Virus record (IMG/VR): IMGVR_UViG_3300032286_001304
Span: 33,941 to 97,940 of that record
From: a virus
DNA: 64,000 bases
Strand: one strand, 5' to 3'
Shown in pieces: positions 37,403 through 46,543 of the stretch; the stretch's first letter is position 1; every line of letters begins with the position of its first letter. Under the pieces are notes generated by a model. That model saw only the letters and a program-made list of their open reading frames with translations, was not told where the DNA came from and did not search any database. The position numbers and the translations under genes were made by a program.

Positions 37403-38345
37403 TCATTTTTTTATGAGAAAATCTTTTAGCACTTTCCCATACTTTTGTTCTATCTAATTGCAAACATTTATTATAAATATCTAAAATATTATCATTATTA
37501 TTGTTTAAATAATATCCATTTTCTCCTTCGATTAAAAGATATTCAAAACATCCTTTATTATATGCAATAATTGGAGTTCCCATAGCTAAAGATTCTACTA
37601 CGCTTAAATTAAAAGCGGTATTCCATGTATGCGGATATATTGAAAGAGAAGATTTTTTTAAATATTCATTTTTTTCTTTTTCACTTATTAAGCCCAAATA
37701 GAAAGTTGTTTTTTTATCTATATAATCTAAAAGAGGATAATTATCAAATATAGGTCCAGCAAAAATACCTTTTATATTATTTTCTAAACAAAATTTTGCA
37801 GTAAAAATAGAATTTTGATGATTATCATGTCTAGAGCATACGAAAATAGATCCATCTCTTTCTGAATCTATGAATTCATCTGGAACATATTTACCGATAA
37901 CTACTGGAAATCCTTTACCGAATTTAGCTTTTTCATTTGGCCTATATAAAAGAGTGTATGGAGTATAAGGATGTTGAGCACCACAATCTCCCATAAGTGA
38001 CCAATGAACAAGTTTTGATTTTAATTTTCCTATATTAATAAATAAGCAATCATGATGATATAAGAAAATATCAAATTCTTCAGCATTTTTTATAATTTCA
38101 CTTATTCTAATACCATTTCTTAGTCTTATTAAGTCATCTAAAGAAAGAGTTATGCACGCTTTTTTATTTTCATGTTCTTCTAAATTTTCAAAATTAGATG
38201 AACTTCCAAATATATAAAATTCATCTTTTCCATTATTTAAATATTCTTTTGCATATCTTGCAAAACATGCAGCACCTCCATACTTTTTTGCATTTATAGA
38301 ATAATCTTCTGTTTGAATATTTAAATCTAAATAACCTATTTTCAT
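37356..38345 (-). CDS. GT4 (GT-B) glycosyltransferase
   Basis: YGGA, FNLSVVESLAMGTPII, EGENGY. Confidence 0.8.
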   Translation of the reverse strand: MKIGYLDLNIQTEDYSINAKKYGGAACFARYAKEYLNNGKDEFYIFGSSSNFENLEEHENKKACITLSLDDLIRLRNGIRISEIIKNAEEFDIFLYHHDCLFINIGKLKSKLVHWSLMGDCGAQHPYTPYTLLYRPNEKAKFGKGFPVVIGKYVPDEFIDSERDGSIFVCSRHDNHQNSIFTAKFCLENNIKGIFAGPIFDNYPLLDYIDKKTTFYLGLISEKEKNEYLKKSSLSIYPHTWNTAFNLSVVESLAMGTPIIAYNKGCFEYLLIEGENGYYLNNNNDNILDIYNKCLQLDRTKVWESAKRFSHKKMIETFYSAFKKILYEN

Positions 38346-38358
38346 TAAAAATTATTTA

Positions 38359-39597
38359 TTACAATTTTGATAATTCTAAGGCTAATTGTTTAGCTATTTC
38401 CGCTTTAATTCCAGTATGTAATCCAATATAGATTGAATTATAATGTAAGTAATCAGCATTTGGGTAATCTTTAGGATTTCCATATTCTTTAAATGCAGTA
38501 TGACGGAGAAGATTTGAACCTACAAGTCCACGATAACCAACTCCAGCAGCATTTAAATATCCTTTAACTTTTTGAATAAGTTCCTTGTCTGGATATTTTG
38601 GATCACGAATAATTGGTAGAGAAAGAAGCATATGACCACTTTCACTATTAATATGTTGATTTAAATATTTATATACTTTTTTACAGACTTTTGAATCATA
38701 TGAATTAAGGTTAGAATAAAATACTTTACTGATAGAGCGACGATTTTCTTCTGACCATTTTAGAGAACGATCAAAATCTAATGAATGCATGTATGCAATC
38801 AAATTAGTGCTTCGGTAATTAGAACCGACTAAATTAAAATCAAAACTTGGATCTACATCTGGGTTCTTATATTCTTCCGGCATCCCGCGAGTCATGCCAT
38901 GATTACGCGCCATTCTATACCAATTAGCTTCTTCTAAGGTTTGACAGAAAATTAATCCACCTTCCTGCATACCACTTGTAAAATGGCTTGCATAAACAGA
39001 AGTTGATGAAGTTGTAATATTACAAAAATGTCTATTGTAACTATCAAAAGGATGGGTTTTATTAAAAGCTTCCCATGAAAAAGACGATTCACAATTATCT
39101 AATAAAAGTTTTACACCACGTTTTTGACATTCTTTTGCTAGGGTTTCTAAATTGCAAGATTGACCTAGAAGAGTAGTATAAAAAACGGTATCAATATCCT
39201 TATCTTTATCAAGTTTTTCTAAGATTTGTTTTACCGATGGATTCAAATTTACTAAATCTACATCAACAAATACAGGCTTAAAAGAAAAATTAATCCAAAC
39301 ACTGACACTTGAAATCCAATTAACTACATTAAATAAAACTTTATTTTTACCACAATTCCATAAACCTTGTTTTTTAAGTTCTTCTTTTCTATGCAAAGCA
39401 ATTAGTTCATTTGCTTCACTTCCAGATCCAACCATAACAACATATGGAGATCCAGTATATTTAGACCATTTATTTTCATATTTCTCTATCTCAGGGCCAA
39501 GAGTCCATTTATCATTAGTTAAAATAAATTTACTGATTTTGAGTTTATCAAGCACTGTCATGCTTGAATATCCAAGTTGCCAATTATATTTTTTCAT
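38359..39597 (-). CDS. DegT/DnrJ-family PLP enzyme, ColD/E1-type 3-dehydratase
   Basis: SGSEAN, PVFVD, DNCES, YASHF...EGG (His at the usual Lys site), RNHG, G.NYR; start placed at ATG 39597. Confidence 0.75.
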   Translation of the reverse strand: MKKYNWQLGYSSMTVLDKLKISKFILTNDKWTLGPEIEKYENKWSKYTGSPYVVMVGSGSEANELIALHRKEELKKQGLWNCGKNKVLFNVVNWISSVSVWINFSFKPVFVDVDLVNLNPSVKQILEKLDKDKDIDTVFYTTLLGQSCNLETLAKECQKRGVKLLLDNCESSFSWEAFNKTHPFDSYNRHFCNITTSSTSVYASHFTSGMQEGGLIFCQTLEEANWYRMARNHGMTRGMPEEYKNPDVDPSFDFNLVGSNYRSTNLIAYMHSLDFDRSLKWSEENRRSISKVFYSNLNSYDSKVCKKVYKYLNQHINSESGHMLLSLPIIRDPKYPDKELIQKVKGYLNAAGVGYRGLVGSNLLRHTAFKEYGNPKDYPNADYLHYNSIYIGLHTGIKAEIAKQLALELSKL

Positions 39598-39952
39598 TAT
39601 ATCCAAATTTTTTTTCGCTATATTCATTTTTTGGGAAGAATTTATCTTGAAGAGCTTTTTTTAATTGAAATCTTTTATAGTTAAGATTATCTACAATAGA
39701 TGCTGGTAAATTAGAGTTTACCTTTATTTCATCTACTAAGTCAAATATTTTTTCATTACAATCAAGAAGTTCTTTGTATTCAGTAGAGTCAATTATACTT
39801 GATAAAATATTCTCGTTTATTTGATTTGAAATTTCAGATTTTATTTGTAAAAAATTATTAAATGCAGTTACGTTTTTCGTTTTATTATATTTGACTTCAG
39901 ATATCGAAAGAAGATCGAAACAAAAAGCTTCATCTAGTTGTAATTTAATCAT
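39584..39952 (-). CDS. Hypothetical protein (phage family found with glycan genes)
   Basis: DEA..FD.LSI.EVK ... N..RF..K. Confidence 0.55.
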   Translation of the reverse strand: MIKLQLDEAFCFDLLSISEVKYNKTKNVTAFNNFLQIKSEISNQINENILSSIIDSTEYKELLDCNEKIFDLVDEIKVNSNLPASIVDNLNYKRFQLKKALQDKFFPKNEYSEKKFGYNEKI

Positions 39953-39955
39953 ATT

Positions 39956-40747
39956 TTAATTATCTAAAGCATTTAATTCTAAACCTATTTTATCTTCTTC
40001 GTTTAGAAGAGAGCCTATGTGATAGGATCTTGCTTTGTTTGGATAAAAGCAAGATAAACTTTCTTGAGGATTACTAAAATATTTAACTGCGCGTCCAAAG
40101 TCATGTTCAACATGTGGGCCAAAAGAGTTTTGATTTTTAATAATTAATAATGTTGCATTTCGTAAATCGCGGGTTCTAAAAATAGATGGATTTAGAGAAA
40201 AATCAGAATGAACAAAAAAATCATCATCATGATGGCGGGAATATGTATCTATTCCATGTCTTTCCTTTAAATTATTAATTCTTTTAAATTCATCATTAAA
40301 TCTTGGAAATCTAACTTGTAGTATATTTGGATTTTTTTCAAGTAAATTTATTGCTTTATTAATCCATTTAAGCAAATCACCATCTTCAGCACGAATAAGC
40401 CAGTCGTCCTCTAGATGTAAAACATACTGACTCTCAAGAACTTTTGGATTATTATACATTCTAAAGATATCGGATAAATAACCTACTTGATGAGATACAT
40501 CAAAATGCTTCCAATCTTGAACTTCTAAATGGTTATTAAATCCATATAGAGATTTGAGTTCTTCAGCTATTTCATTTCCGAAAGATATTTCTTCATTATT
40601 TGTTACTTTTATATTGCTAAAAAGCGCAGAAAAGTTACCTAATGGAATTTGAGAGTTTAAATCATTTACAGTTTCTCGCCATCTTGTATTTATTCCCCAG
40701 TGTCCTTTTGTAGTTGCAAATAAAGCTATTGCTAATGGTATTTTCAT
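39956..40747 (-). CDS. GT-A fold glycosyltransferase
   Basis: YVLHLEDDW, FSLNPS, HIG. Confidence 0.7.
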   Translation of the reverse strand: MKIPLAIALFATTKGHWGINTRWRETVNDLNSQIPLGNFSALFSNIKVTNNEEISFGNEIAEELKSLYGFNNHLEVQDWKHFDVSHQVGYLSDIFRMYNNPKVLESQYVLHLEDDWLIRAEDGDLLKWINKAINLLEKNPNILQVRFPRFNDEFKRINNLKERHGIDTYSRHHDDDFFVHSDFSLNPSIFRTRDLRNATLLIIKNQNSFGPHVEHDFGRAVKYFSNPQESLSCFYPNKARSYHIGSLLNEEDKIGLELNALDN

Positions 40748-40751
40748 AAAA

Positions 40752-41651
40752 TTAAAATTTTGGCATATTATCCCAACTTTCTTGAGTATGAGAGTCCGTT
40801 ACCGTGTCGTCTTTTAAGATAAAGTATCTATAAAAATCATTTACCTGTTTATGACCATTTATAATTGGTCTAGTTACTTCATTCAAACCATTGCTTAATA
40901 GTTTTTTTACACCATCGGTAGTTCGTGGCAAATTATTATCACGTAATGCTTTTAATAAAGATTTTCTTAAAAATTCTAATTTTGGTAATACATTTATTCC
41001 ACCATGATGCTCTAATCCTAAGAAATTTTGATTTGAATTCGGTTGTAATAAATATTTAATATAATGATTTACAAAATGTTTTGGATCGTTTGCTCTCTTA
41101 ATTGGACGAAGATTTATTCTTATATCAGATTCATTTTTAAACGAAGGATCGTTTGATAACTCTATTATTCTTAAACGATTTTCTTTTTCTAAACAAGGAT
41201 CAATTAAGGTTATCAAAGATTCATGTGGAGTTCCAACATAAATCAAATCTTCGCGATAACGAACTAAGTATGGTTTAACATGATAACGAATAATATCTAT
41301 ATTACTATCATTCATATACTCACACCATCTACTAAGATTTAATGCAAATTTATTTCCAACTCTTTCTAATGTATCAATAATCAATAAAAAGTCGTTATCT
41401 TTAATTCCAGTTTCTCTAAAAATACGATTTCTCGACAAAGAATGATCGCCTGTATATGGGCCAAAGATAATATTACCTGCGCCTAATTCGTTATTTATTT
41501 TTAATAAATATTCTACACCTTTATCAAATTCATTAGAGTCATGAATTAAAGCACAAACTCCACGAATGTAAGGTTTGATTGGATCGACCAATTCAAATAT
41601 GTTTTCATATTCATTTGGTCCAGACATAAAAACTAAGTAAGGTTTATTCAT
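40752..41651 (-). CDS. GT2-like glycosyltransferase (divergent DxD)
   Basis: HS.SRN, LIIDTLERV, YVGTPHE. Confidence 0.55.
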   Translation of the reverse strand: MNKPYLVFMSGPNEYENIFELVDPIKPYIRGVCALIHDSNEFDKGVEYLLKINNELGAGNIIFGPYTGDHSLSRNRIFRETGIKDNDFLLIIDTLERVGNKFALNLSRWCEYMNDSNIDIIRYHVKPYLVRYREDLIYVGTPHESLITLIDPCLEKENRLRIIELSNDPSFKNESDIRINLRPIKRANDPKHFVNHYIKYLLQPNSNQNFLGLEHHGGINVLPKLEFLRKSLLKALRDNNLPRTTDGVKKLLSNGLNEVTRPIINGHKQVNDFYRYFILKDDTVTDSHTQESWDNMPKF

Positions 41652-41851
41652 AAAATATTTTTTATTTTTTTGTATTTTTTAATAGCTATTTCTAAATCTG
41701 AATCTTCAAAATAGAATAAATCATTTGATTTGTATTCAGAATACATTTTTGCAAGAATACTCATTAATTGATTAAGTCTTAAATCTGGAGAATTATACCA
41801 AATTTTTTCAATATCTTCTAGAATTGATTTTATACGTTCTTTATTTCTCAT
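41648..41851 (-). CDS. Small protein of the MR...RI..IL.....W...PDLRL.QL family
   Basis: Motif match; 67 aa. Confidence 0.6.
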   Translation of the reverse strand: MRNKERIKSILEDIEKIWYNSPDLRLNQLMSILAKMYSEYKSNDLFYFEDSDLEIAIKKYKKIKNIL

Positions 41852-42648
41852 GATAATAAAAGATTATGAAAGCATATCGGATTATTTTCAAGTTCAGTTT
41901 TTGAAATAATAACATTTTCTTGATTACCAGATCTTAACTCCCAATGTTCTTTCCATAATTTATTATTTATGTTCAATCTATGCTCAAATGAAAGATAACC
42001 AAGATGAACTGTAAATATATAATCACTTAATTGATCAACAAACATCGGATTCAAAACCATTTGATTAACAAAACTATGGCATCTAGCTAACTCTCCATTG
42101 ATATCAATTAACTCACAAGTATCTGACATAGATGTGTTTATTTTTCCATCTCCTCTTTTAGCATGTCGTATTACGCCACGATAAAAACCTGATTTATGCA
42201 TTCTAAATTTTTGTCCAATTTGCTGATCTGATCGAATTTTTTCGATAGATCCATAAACATCAAGAGAAGGAATCATCCAGCAATCAATTTGTGGATTTTC
42301 TAATAATGCTTTTGCATATAATTCCCATTTAGATTTTTGACTAAGTGGAATATACTCATCAGCATCCATCTGGATTTTTACTGGTTTAGTTGTAGCTTGT
42401 AGTGCTTCATTTTTGATTTTTCCATCCATTTCGATATCGTCATAAAGAAAAGATGTTTCAATTATTTTTATATTTTGATTAGCACCAATAAAATCTTTTA
42501 TTATCTGCAAAGTATTATCTTCTGATTTATTTATTGCAATAACTAATTCGCCATCTGAACCAATGAATTCAATAAAATTTTCAATACTTTGCTTCCAAGG
42601 GAAGTTATGTTTTTCTACATGGTAAAGTGAGGTATAAATACTAAACAT
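41848..42648 (-). CDS. GT2 glycosyltransferase
   Basis: SEDNT, KNEAL, QMDADE, VHLGYL. Confidence 0.75.
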   Translation of the reverse strand: MFSIYTSLYHVEKHNFPWKQSIENFIEFIGSDGELVIAINKSEDNTLQIIKDFIGANQNIKIIETSFLYDDIEMDGKIKNEALQATTKPVKIQMDADEYIPLSQKSKWELYAKALLENPQIDCWMIPSLDVYGSIEKIRSDQQIGQKFRMHKSGFYRGVIRHAKRGDGKINTSMSDTCELIDINGELARCHSFVNQMVLNPMFVDQLSDYIFTVHLGYLSFEHRLNINNKLWKEHWELRSGNQENVIISKTELENNPICFHNLLLS

Positions 42649-42650
42649 AA

Positions 42651-43529
42651 TTAATTTGCTTTATTTTTAAATCTTTCTCTAACTTTGTCAATGTATTCTT
42701 TTTCTCTTTTTGTTACATCTAAACTACCCCAACAATTAAAGCTATGTAGTTTTTCTTTTTCTGGAATTCTACCATCTTCCCATTCACCACGAAACATAAT
42801 AATAAACTCTTCTGATGTTACATTTGGATATGAATTATTCTGAACTTTTGGAGCAATAATAACCCATGCTGCTTTTGTATCAGTTCTATGAACAAAAACT
42901 CCACCATCTCCCATATCTCTTACCGAATAAATTCCAAAATCTTGAAAAAATTTAGGATCTATATGTGCAATTTTTAATCCTCTTTGCTCAAAAATTTCTT
43001 GTAAATAATTTTCATTCCATCTTAATTCATGAAATTCACCCGGACCTCCATTTGGAAATGGACCAAGATTATTAAATACATCTGTTTTCATCATATGTGC
43101 CCTATCTGTCCAAACTCCTCTGCCTGATTGATCGCCGTTTAAGTCTATGCATGAATAGCCATTATCTAATAAACTTTTAAATTGATTAAAAGAATTTTCA
43201 TTTATTGGATATTGTAACCATTGGTCATTTTGAACAAATAAAAAATATTTAGTATCGCAGAATCTAATCAAATCAGTTTGACCATATCCGCCACCTCCAC
43301 CTCTTTTTTTGCTAATTAAAACATCACATAATCCTTCTTTATATATCTGCCAACAATAATCTTCAGAACAGCCATTATCAAGAAGAATTACTTTATGTGG
43401 TATATTTACATAGTTTTTTATAGAATTTAAACATAATCTTGTTTCAAACTCTTTGAGATAATCTAATACTAAAATAGATAACTCAGGATTGTATTCTTTC
43501 ATATATTTTAATAATCCTATTAGAAACAT
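42651..43529 (-). CDS. GT2 glycosyltransferase
   Basis: LSILVL, CLNSI, ILLDNGC, FLFVQND; start probably internal Met. Confidence 0.7.
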   Translation of the reverse strand: MFLIGLLKYMKEYNPELSILVLDYLKEFETRLCLNSIKNYVNIPHKVILLDNGCSEDYCWQIYKEGLCDVLISKKRGGGGGYGQTDLIRFCDTKYFLFVQNDQWLQYPINENSFNQFKSLLDNGYSCIDLNGDQSGRGVWTDRAHMMKTDVFNNLGPFPNGGPGEFHELRWNENYLQEIFEQRGLKIAHIDPKFFQDFGIYSVRDMGDGGVFVHRTDTKAAWVIIAPKVQNNSYPNVTSEEFIIMFRGEWEDGRIPEKEKLHSFNCWGSLDVTKREKEYIDKVRERFKNKAN

Positions 43530-44370
43530 TTACTTTGTCAAGCTTTTCTTGAATGTAAGATTGTAATTTTTTAATATCAAAAGAATTTCTATCTTTACGT
43601 AAGAAAAATGATATTGAGTGTGGATTTGGATAATTTCCAAACTCATAAGTGAAAAATTCATTAAAAGTTGTTAAATCATGACAAACAACGGGGATTGCTC
43701 CAGCAAGAACTCCTTCACAAGCTGGTAGTCCCAATCCTTCCCCTAAACTAGTCATTACAACATAATCAACCGAATTATATAAATCATTTAGCTTTTCGTC
43801 AGAAACTATACCTTCATAAGATCCCCATCCGATAGATTCCGAACCAACAATAGCTACTTCAGACTCTTGAAATCCAGCAAAAATTAATGAATTAATACCT
43901 AATTCAACTCGTTTTGATGGATCTCTTAATCGTCCAACCATCATTGCTTTATATTGAGGAAATTTTTTTATTCCATTTATTCTTTGAGAATCATTGATAT
44001 CTTTAGCTGGGTTATATATGATTGATGAATTTATTCTAAGATATCTATATAACTGAGATTGAACATATTTGCTAATGCATGTGACATGATCAGCTTCTAT
44101 TAATTCTCTATATGTAGCATTTAAGTCATAATTAGGAAAACACCACTCTGGAATATCCAGAACATTAAAAATAATTTTGCAATCTTTTTTAAGCTTTCCA
44201 TCTTTTTTATCTTTTATAATCTGAAACCTAGATGGTGATGGATTATTTGAATAAACTAAGTCTGCCTCTGTAATATGCTTTGTTATTTCATGTCCAAGAA
44301 TTATGAATCCATTCTCAATACGAGAAATTTGATCTCCATAAAATCTTGAGCCATCAGTAAAAATTTTCAT
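43483..44370 (-). CDS. GT4 (GT-B) glycosyltransferase
   Basis: CISKY, VGR....KR, LYNSVD..V.TS..EGLGLP..E. Confidence 0.8.
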   Translation of the reverse strand: MKIFTDGSRFYGDQISRIENGFIILGHEITKHITEADLVYSNNPSPSRFQIIKDKKDGKLKKDCKIIFNVLDIPEWCFPNYDLNATYRELIEADHVTCISKYVQSQLYRYLRINSSIIYNPAKDINDSQRINGIKKFPQYKAMMVGRLRDPSKRVELGINSLIFAGFQESEVAIVGSESIGWGSYEGIVSDEKLNDLYNSVDYVVMTSLGEGLGLPACEGVLAGAIPVVCHDLTTFNEFFTYEFGNYPNPHSISFFLRKDRNSFDIKKLQSYIQEKLDKVNVSNRIIKIYERIQS

Positions 44371-44397
44371 TTAAAATATTTTGCTATTTAATTTATT

Positions 44398-44577
44398 CTA
44401 ATTATTTATTAATTTATATTCTTCTAATAATTTTAGGATTTTACTCTTACTTAATTCATCTAGATCATCAATTAAAACATGATTCACAATATCCTTCCAT
44501 TTTACCCAAACAACTCCTTTATTTTTAGATAAACCATAAAATTCTAATTTAGTTCCATTTGAGGTCGTAAGTTCCAT
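44398..44577 (-). CDS. Hypothetical protein (59 aa)
   Basis: Hand translation MELTTSNGTKLEFYGL...; first gene after the divergent promoter. Confidence 0.45.
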   Translation of the reverse strand: MELTTSNGTKLEFYGLSKNKGVVWVKWKDIVNHVLIDDLDELSKSKILKLLEEYKLINN

Positions 44578-44591
44578 TAGTAATAAAACAC

Positions 44592-44656
44592 ATAATTACT
44601 AGTTTTCATAAAAAAGTCAAATTTTTATTGACAAATTTATTAAAATAAAGAATACT
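44592..44656. promoter_or_regulatory. Back-to-back sigma70-type promoters at the strand switch
   Basis: Minus: TTGACT(44620-44615)-N17-AATTAT; plus: TTGACA(44628-44633)-N17-AATACT. Confidence 0.6.
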
Positions 44657-44661
44657 TAGAT

Positions 44662-44859
44662 ATGAAAGTTGAATTCGTATCAGTAGATGAAAAAGAAAAA
44701 CATTATTCTTTAAGGACTTCTGATGGTCATGTCTATTTTGGACTAGATTATCTTAATTGCTGTTTTTTAAAGAGAGTTGGCAATAGATTTGATTTGTATT
44801 TAGATTTGTCTAGAGCAAAAGTTAAGATAGAAAAAAGAAGTCTTAGTAAGAAATTTTGA
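44662..44859 (+). CDS. Hypothetical protein
   Basis: 65 aa ORF directly after promoter. Confidence 0.5.
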   Translation: MKVEFVSVDEKEKHYSLRTSDGHVYFGLDYLNCCFLKRVGNRFDLYLDLSRAKVKIEKRSLSKKF

Positions 44860-44884
44860 CTTTTTCTTTTTATATCGGTATAAT
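44856..44884 (+). promoter_or_regulatory. Near-consensus sigma70 promoter in front of the non-coding region
   Basis: TTGACT-N17-TATAAT; a second TTGACT-N18-TATAAG begins at 44927. Confidence 0.75.
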
Positions 44885-44954
44885 TCAGTGTATCAATTTT
44901 ATCTGTTTTTGCTTAATTTATTTTCCTTGACTCAATCAGCAGAAACTTCCTATA

Positions 44955-45600
44955 AGTAATTATTCCACTATCCATATTCGCTAAAAATTTCTCATAACTA
45001 AAATCTAGTGGAATACTTTAAATTTAGCGCAGAACATTACAAAAAAAATTGGGTCCAATCCCCTATCCCCCGACAATGGTTAAAACTGTAAAGTCGGGGG
45101 TTATTTGCATACACTTGGTAATGATCAAAATCTATTAAGTCCAAGGGTCTTTAGCGGAGACTCAATGGTATGCAATCTTGAAAATTCGTTACGATTCGCG
45201 TCGTCTAAAAAACAGATCAGAGTAAAATCTGATGGGATAGCCCGCCGTGCATTTTGTAATTTTTATGAAATGGCTTGGAGTTGGGTTAAGTTGCCTTTGG
45301 CAGTTTAATCGGTTTTTTCGCACACGTTTCCTTCTGGCTAGAACCCAGAAACCAACTCTGTATTAGATTACATTACGCGATAAGTCTTGCTTCTCCCTAA
45401 GCTATCCAACTCTAATGGTGACATTAGATAGGTGAATAAAAAAACGGGCCTCAAGAAGTTTTGTCTTACAAATTAGCCTCTTATTAATACAGGGGCTAAT
45501 TGTTGTCATTTATTGCCTAAGAAGTTATCATCTTACATTAAAAACGTATTAAAGCGCGAAAGCGCAGCGAATGAATTTCCATAGGAAAATCATGAGCTTA
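44955..45600 (+). ncRNA. Candidate large structured non-coding RNA, class not recognised
   Basis: No credible ORF; raised GC; at least 10 nested or long-range helices, two GNRA tetraloops and G-U pairs favouring the plus strand; upstream promoter. Confidence 0.55.
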
Positions 45601-45632
45601 TCGAACATGTTCTTGTATCTATTAAAAATAAC

Positions 45633-45661
45633 TTGACATTTTCTAGAAATAAACGAATACT
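45633..45661 (+). promoter_or_regulatory. Sigma70-type promoter for the sigma-factor operon
   Basis: TTGACA-N17-AATACT. Confidence 0.6.
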
Positions 45662-45677
45662 CAATAAAGATTAAGTT

Positions 45678-45944
45678 ATGCTAACTCCATTTTTACTAAG
45701 CCTCTCTATATATTTTTTCTTCTGGTTAATTAACTATGGTGGACTATTAGGAGATTTTATTCAGTCTAAGATACTGCCAAAACTTCCTGAAAAAGTTCAA
45801 TACGCCATGAAATGTGTTTTTTGTTTCATGTTTTGGGTTTCTATTTTTATAGTTCCATTTAGTTCTCTAGCTTGGTGGATAATTTTTGTGACACCAGTTT
45901 ATGGTTTATTCATAAATTTAACATATCTATCCTTAAATAAATAA
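45678..45944 (+). CDS. Small membrane protein with CxxC (DUF1360-like)
   Basis: Hydrophobic segments and CVFCFMFW. Confidence 0.55.
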   Translation: MLTPFLLSLSIYFFFWLINYGGLLGDFIQSKILPKLPEKVQYAMKCVFCFMFWVSIFIVPFSSLAWWIIFVTPVYGLFINLTYLSLNK

Positions 45945-45963
45945 AAAATTAAAAATTATTGTT

Positions 45964-46542
45964 ATGTTGCCACAACAAGTTCAAGAAGCATCTGACTCGG
46001 AATTAGCAAAATTAGTAAAAGATAATCAATCTAACGAAGCAATATCTGAAATAATCAATCGGCATACTGGCATTTATTTATCAGTTGTTAATTCTTTTAA
46101 AATACCATCTTTGCAAAAGAGTGAACTTTTAGATTCAAAAAATACAAATATATATAAATATACATTAAAATTTGATGATACTAAAAATTGCAAGTTATCA
46201 TCTTATCTTTATCAAAGCACATATTTTGATTGCTTAAAAATTTTAGATAGAACTGCAAAAACAGAGGAGATAGATGAAAATCAGTTTTCTGAGTCATTTC
46301 AATTCAATGATGATGAATCTGTTAAAAATATTTCGTTGCAAATAGCCAGAAACGTAGGAGGAAGAGATTTCGAGAAGATAATTGAAGCAAGACATTTTGG
46401 AGATTCTATTGGAAAACTTTCTTGGCATTTAATTCCTGCTAAAATAGGTAAATCTCATGAATGGGCAAGAAATATTTATAATACATACATTGAAAAATAT
46501 AAAGTAGAAATAAAAAACAAATTTAATTATATAAAATTTTAA
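45964..46542 (+). CDS. Phage sigma70-family sigma factor
   Basis: SDSEL..., A...II.RH, KFD..K.CKLSSY (region 2), II.ARH......SW..I...IG.S.E..R (region 4 HTH). Confidence 0.75.
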   Translation: MLPQQVQEASDSELAKLVKDNQSNEAISEIINRHTGIYLSVVNSFKIPSLQKSELLDSKNTNIYKYTLKFDDTKNCKLSSYLYQSTYFDCLKILDRTAKTEEIDENQFSESFQFNDDESVKNISLQIARNVGGRDFEKIIEARHFGDSIGKLSWHLIPAKIGKSHEWARNIYNTYIEKYKVEIKNKFNYIKF

Positions 46543-46543
46543 A

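Noticed and set aside
45105-45308. 67 aa ORF inside the structured region
   Set aside because: TTG start, no recognisable motif, and it overlaps dense base-paired structure
44860-45677. tRNA, tmRNA, RNase P RNA or self-splicing intron
   Set aside because: No T-loop GTTCGA, no tmRNA acceptor ends, no GAGGAAAGTCC, no group I P7 or group II domain V motif seen; no interrupted host gene
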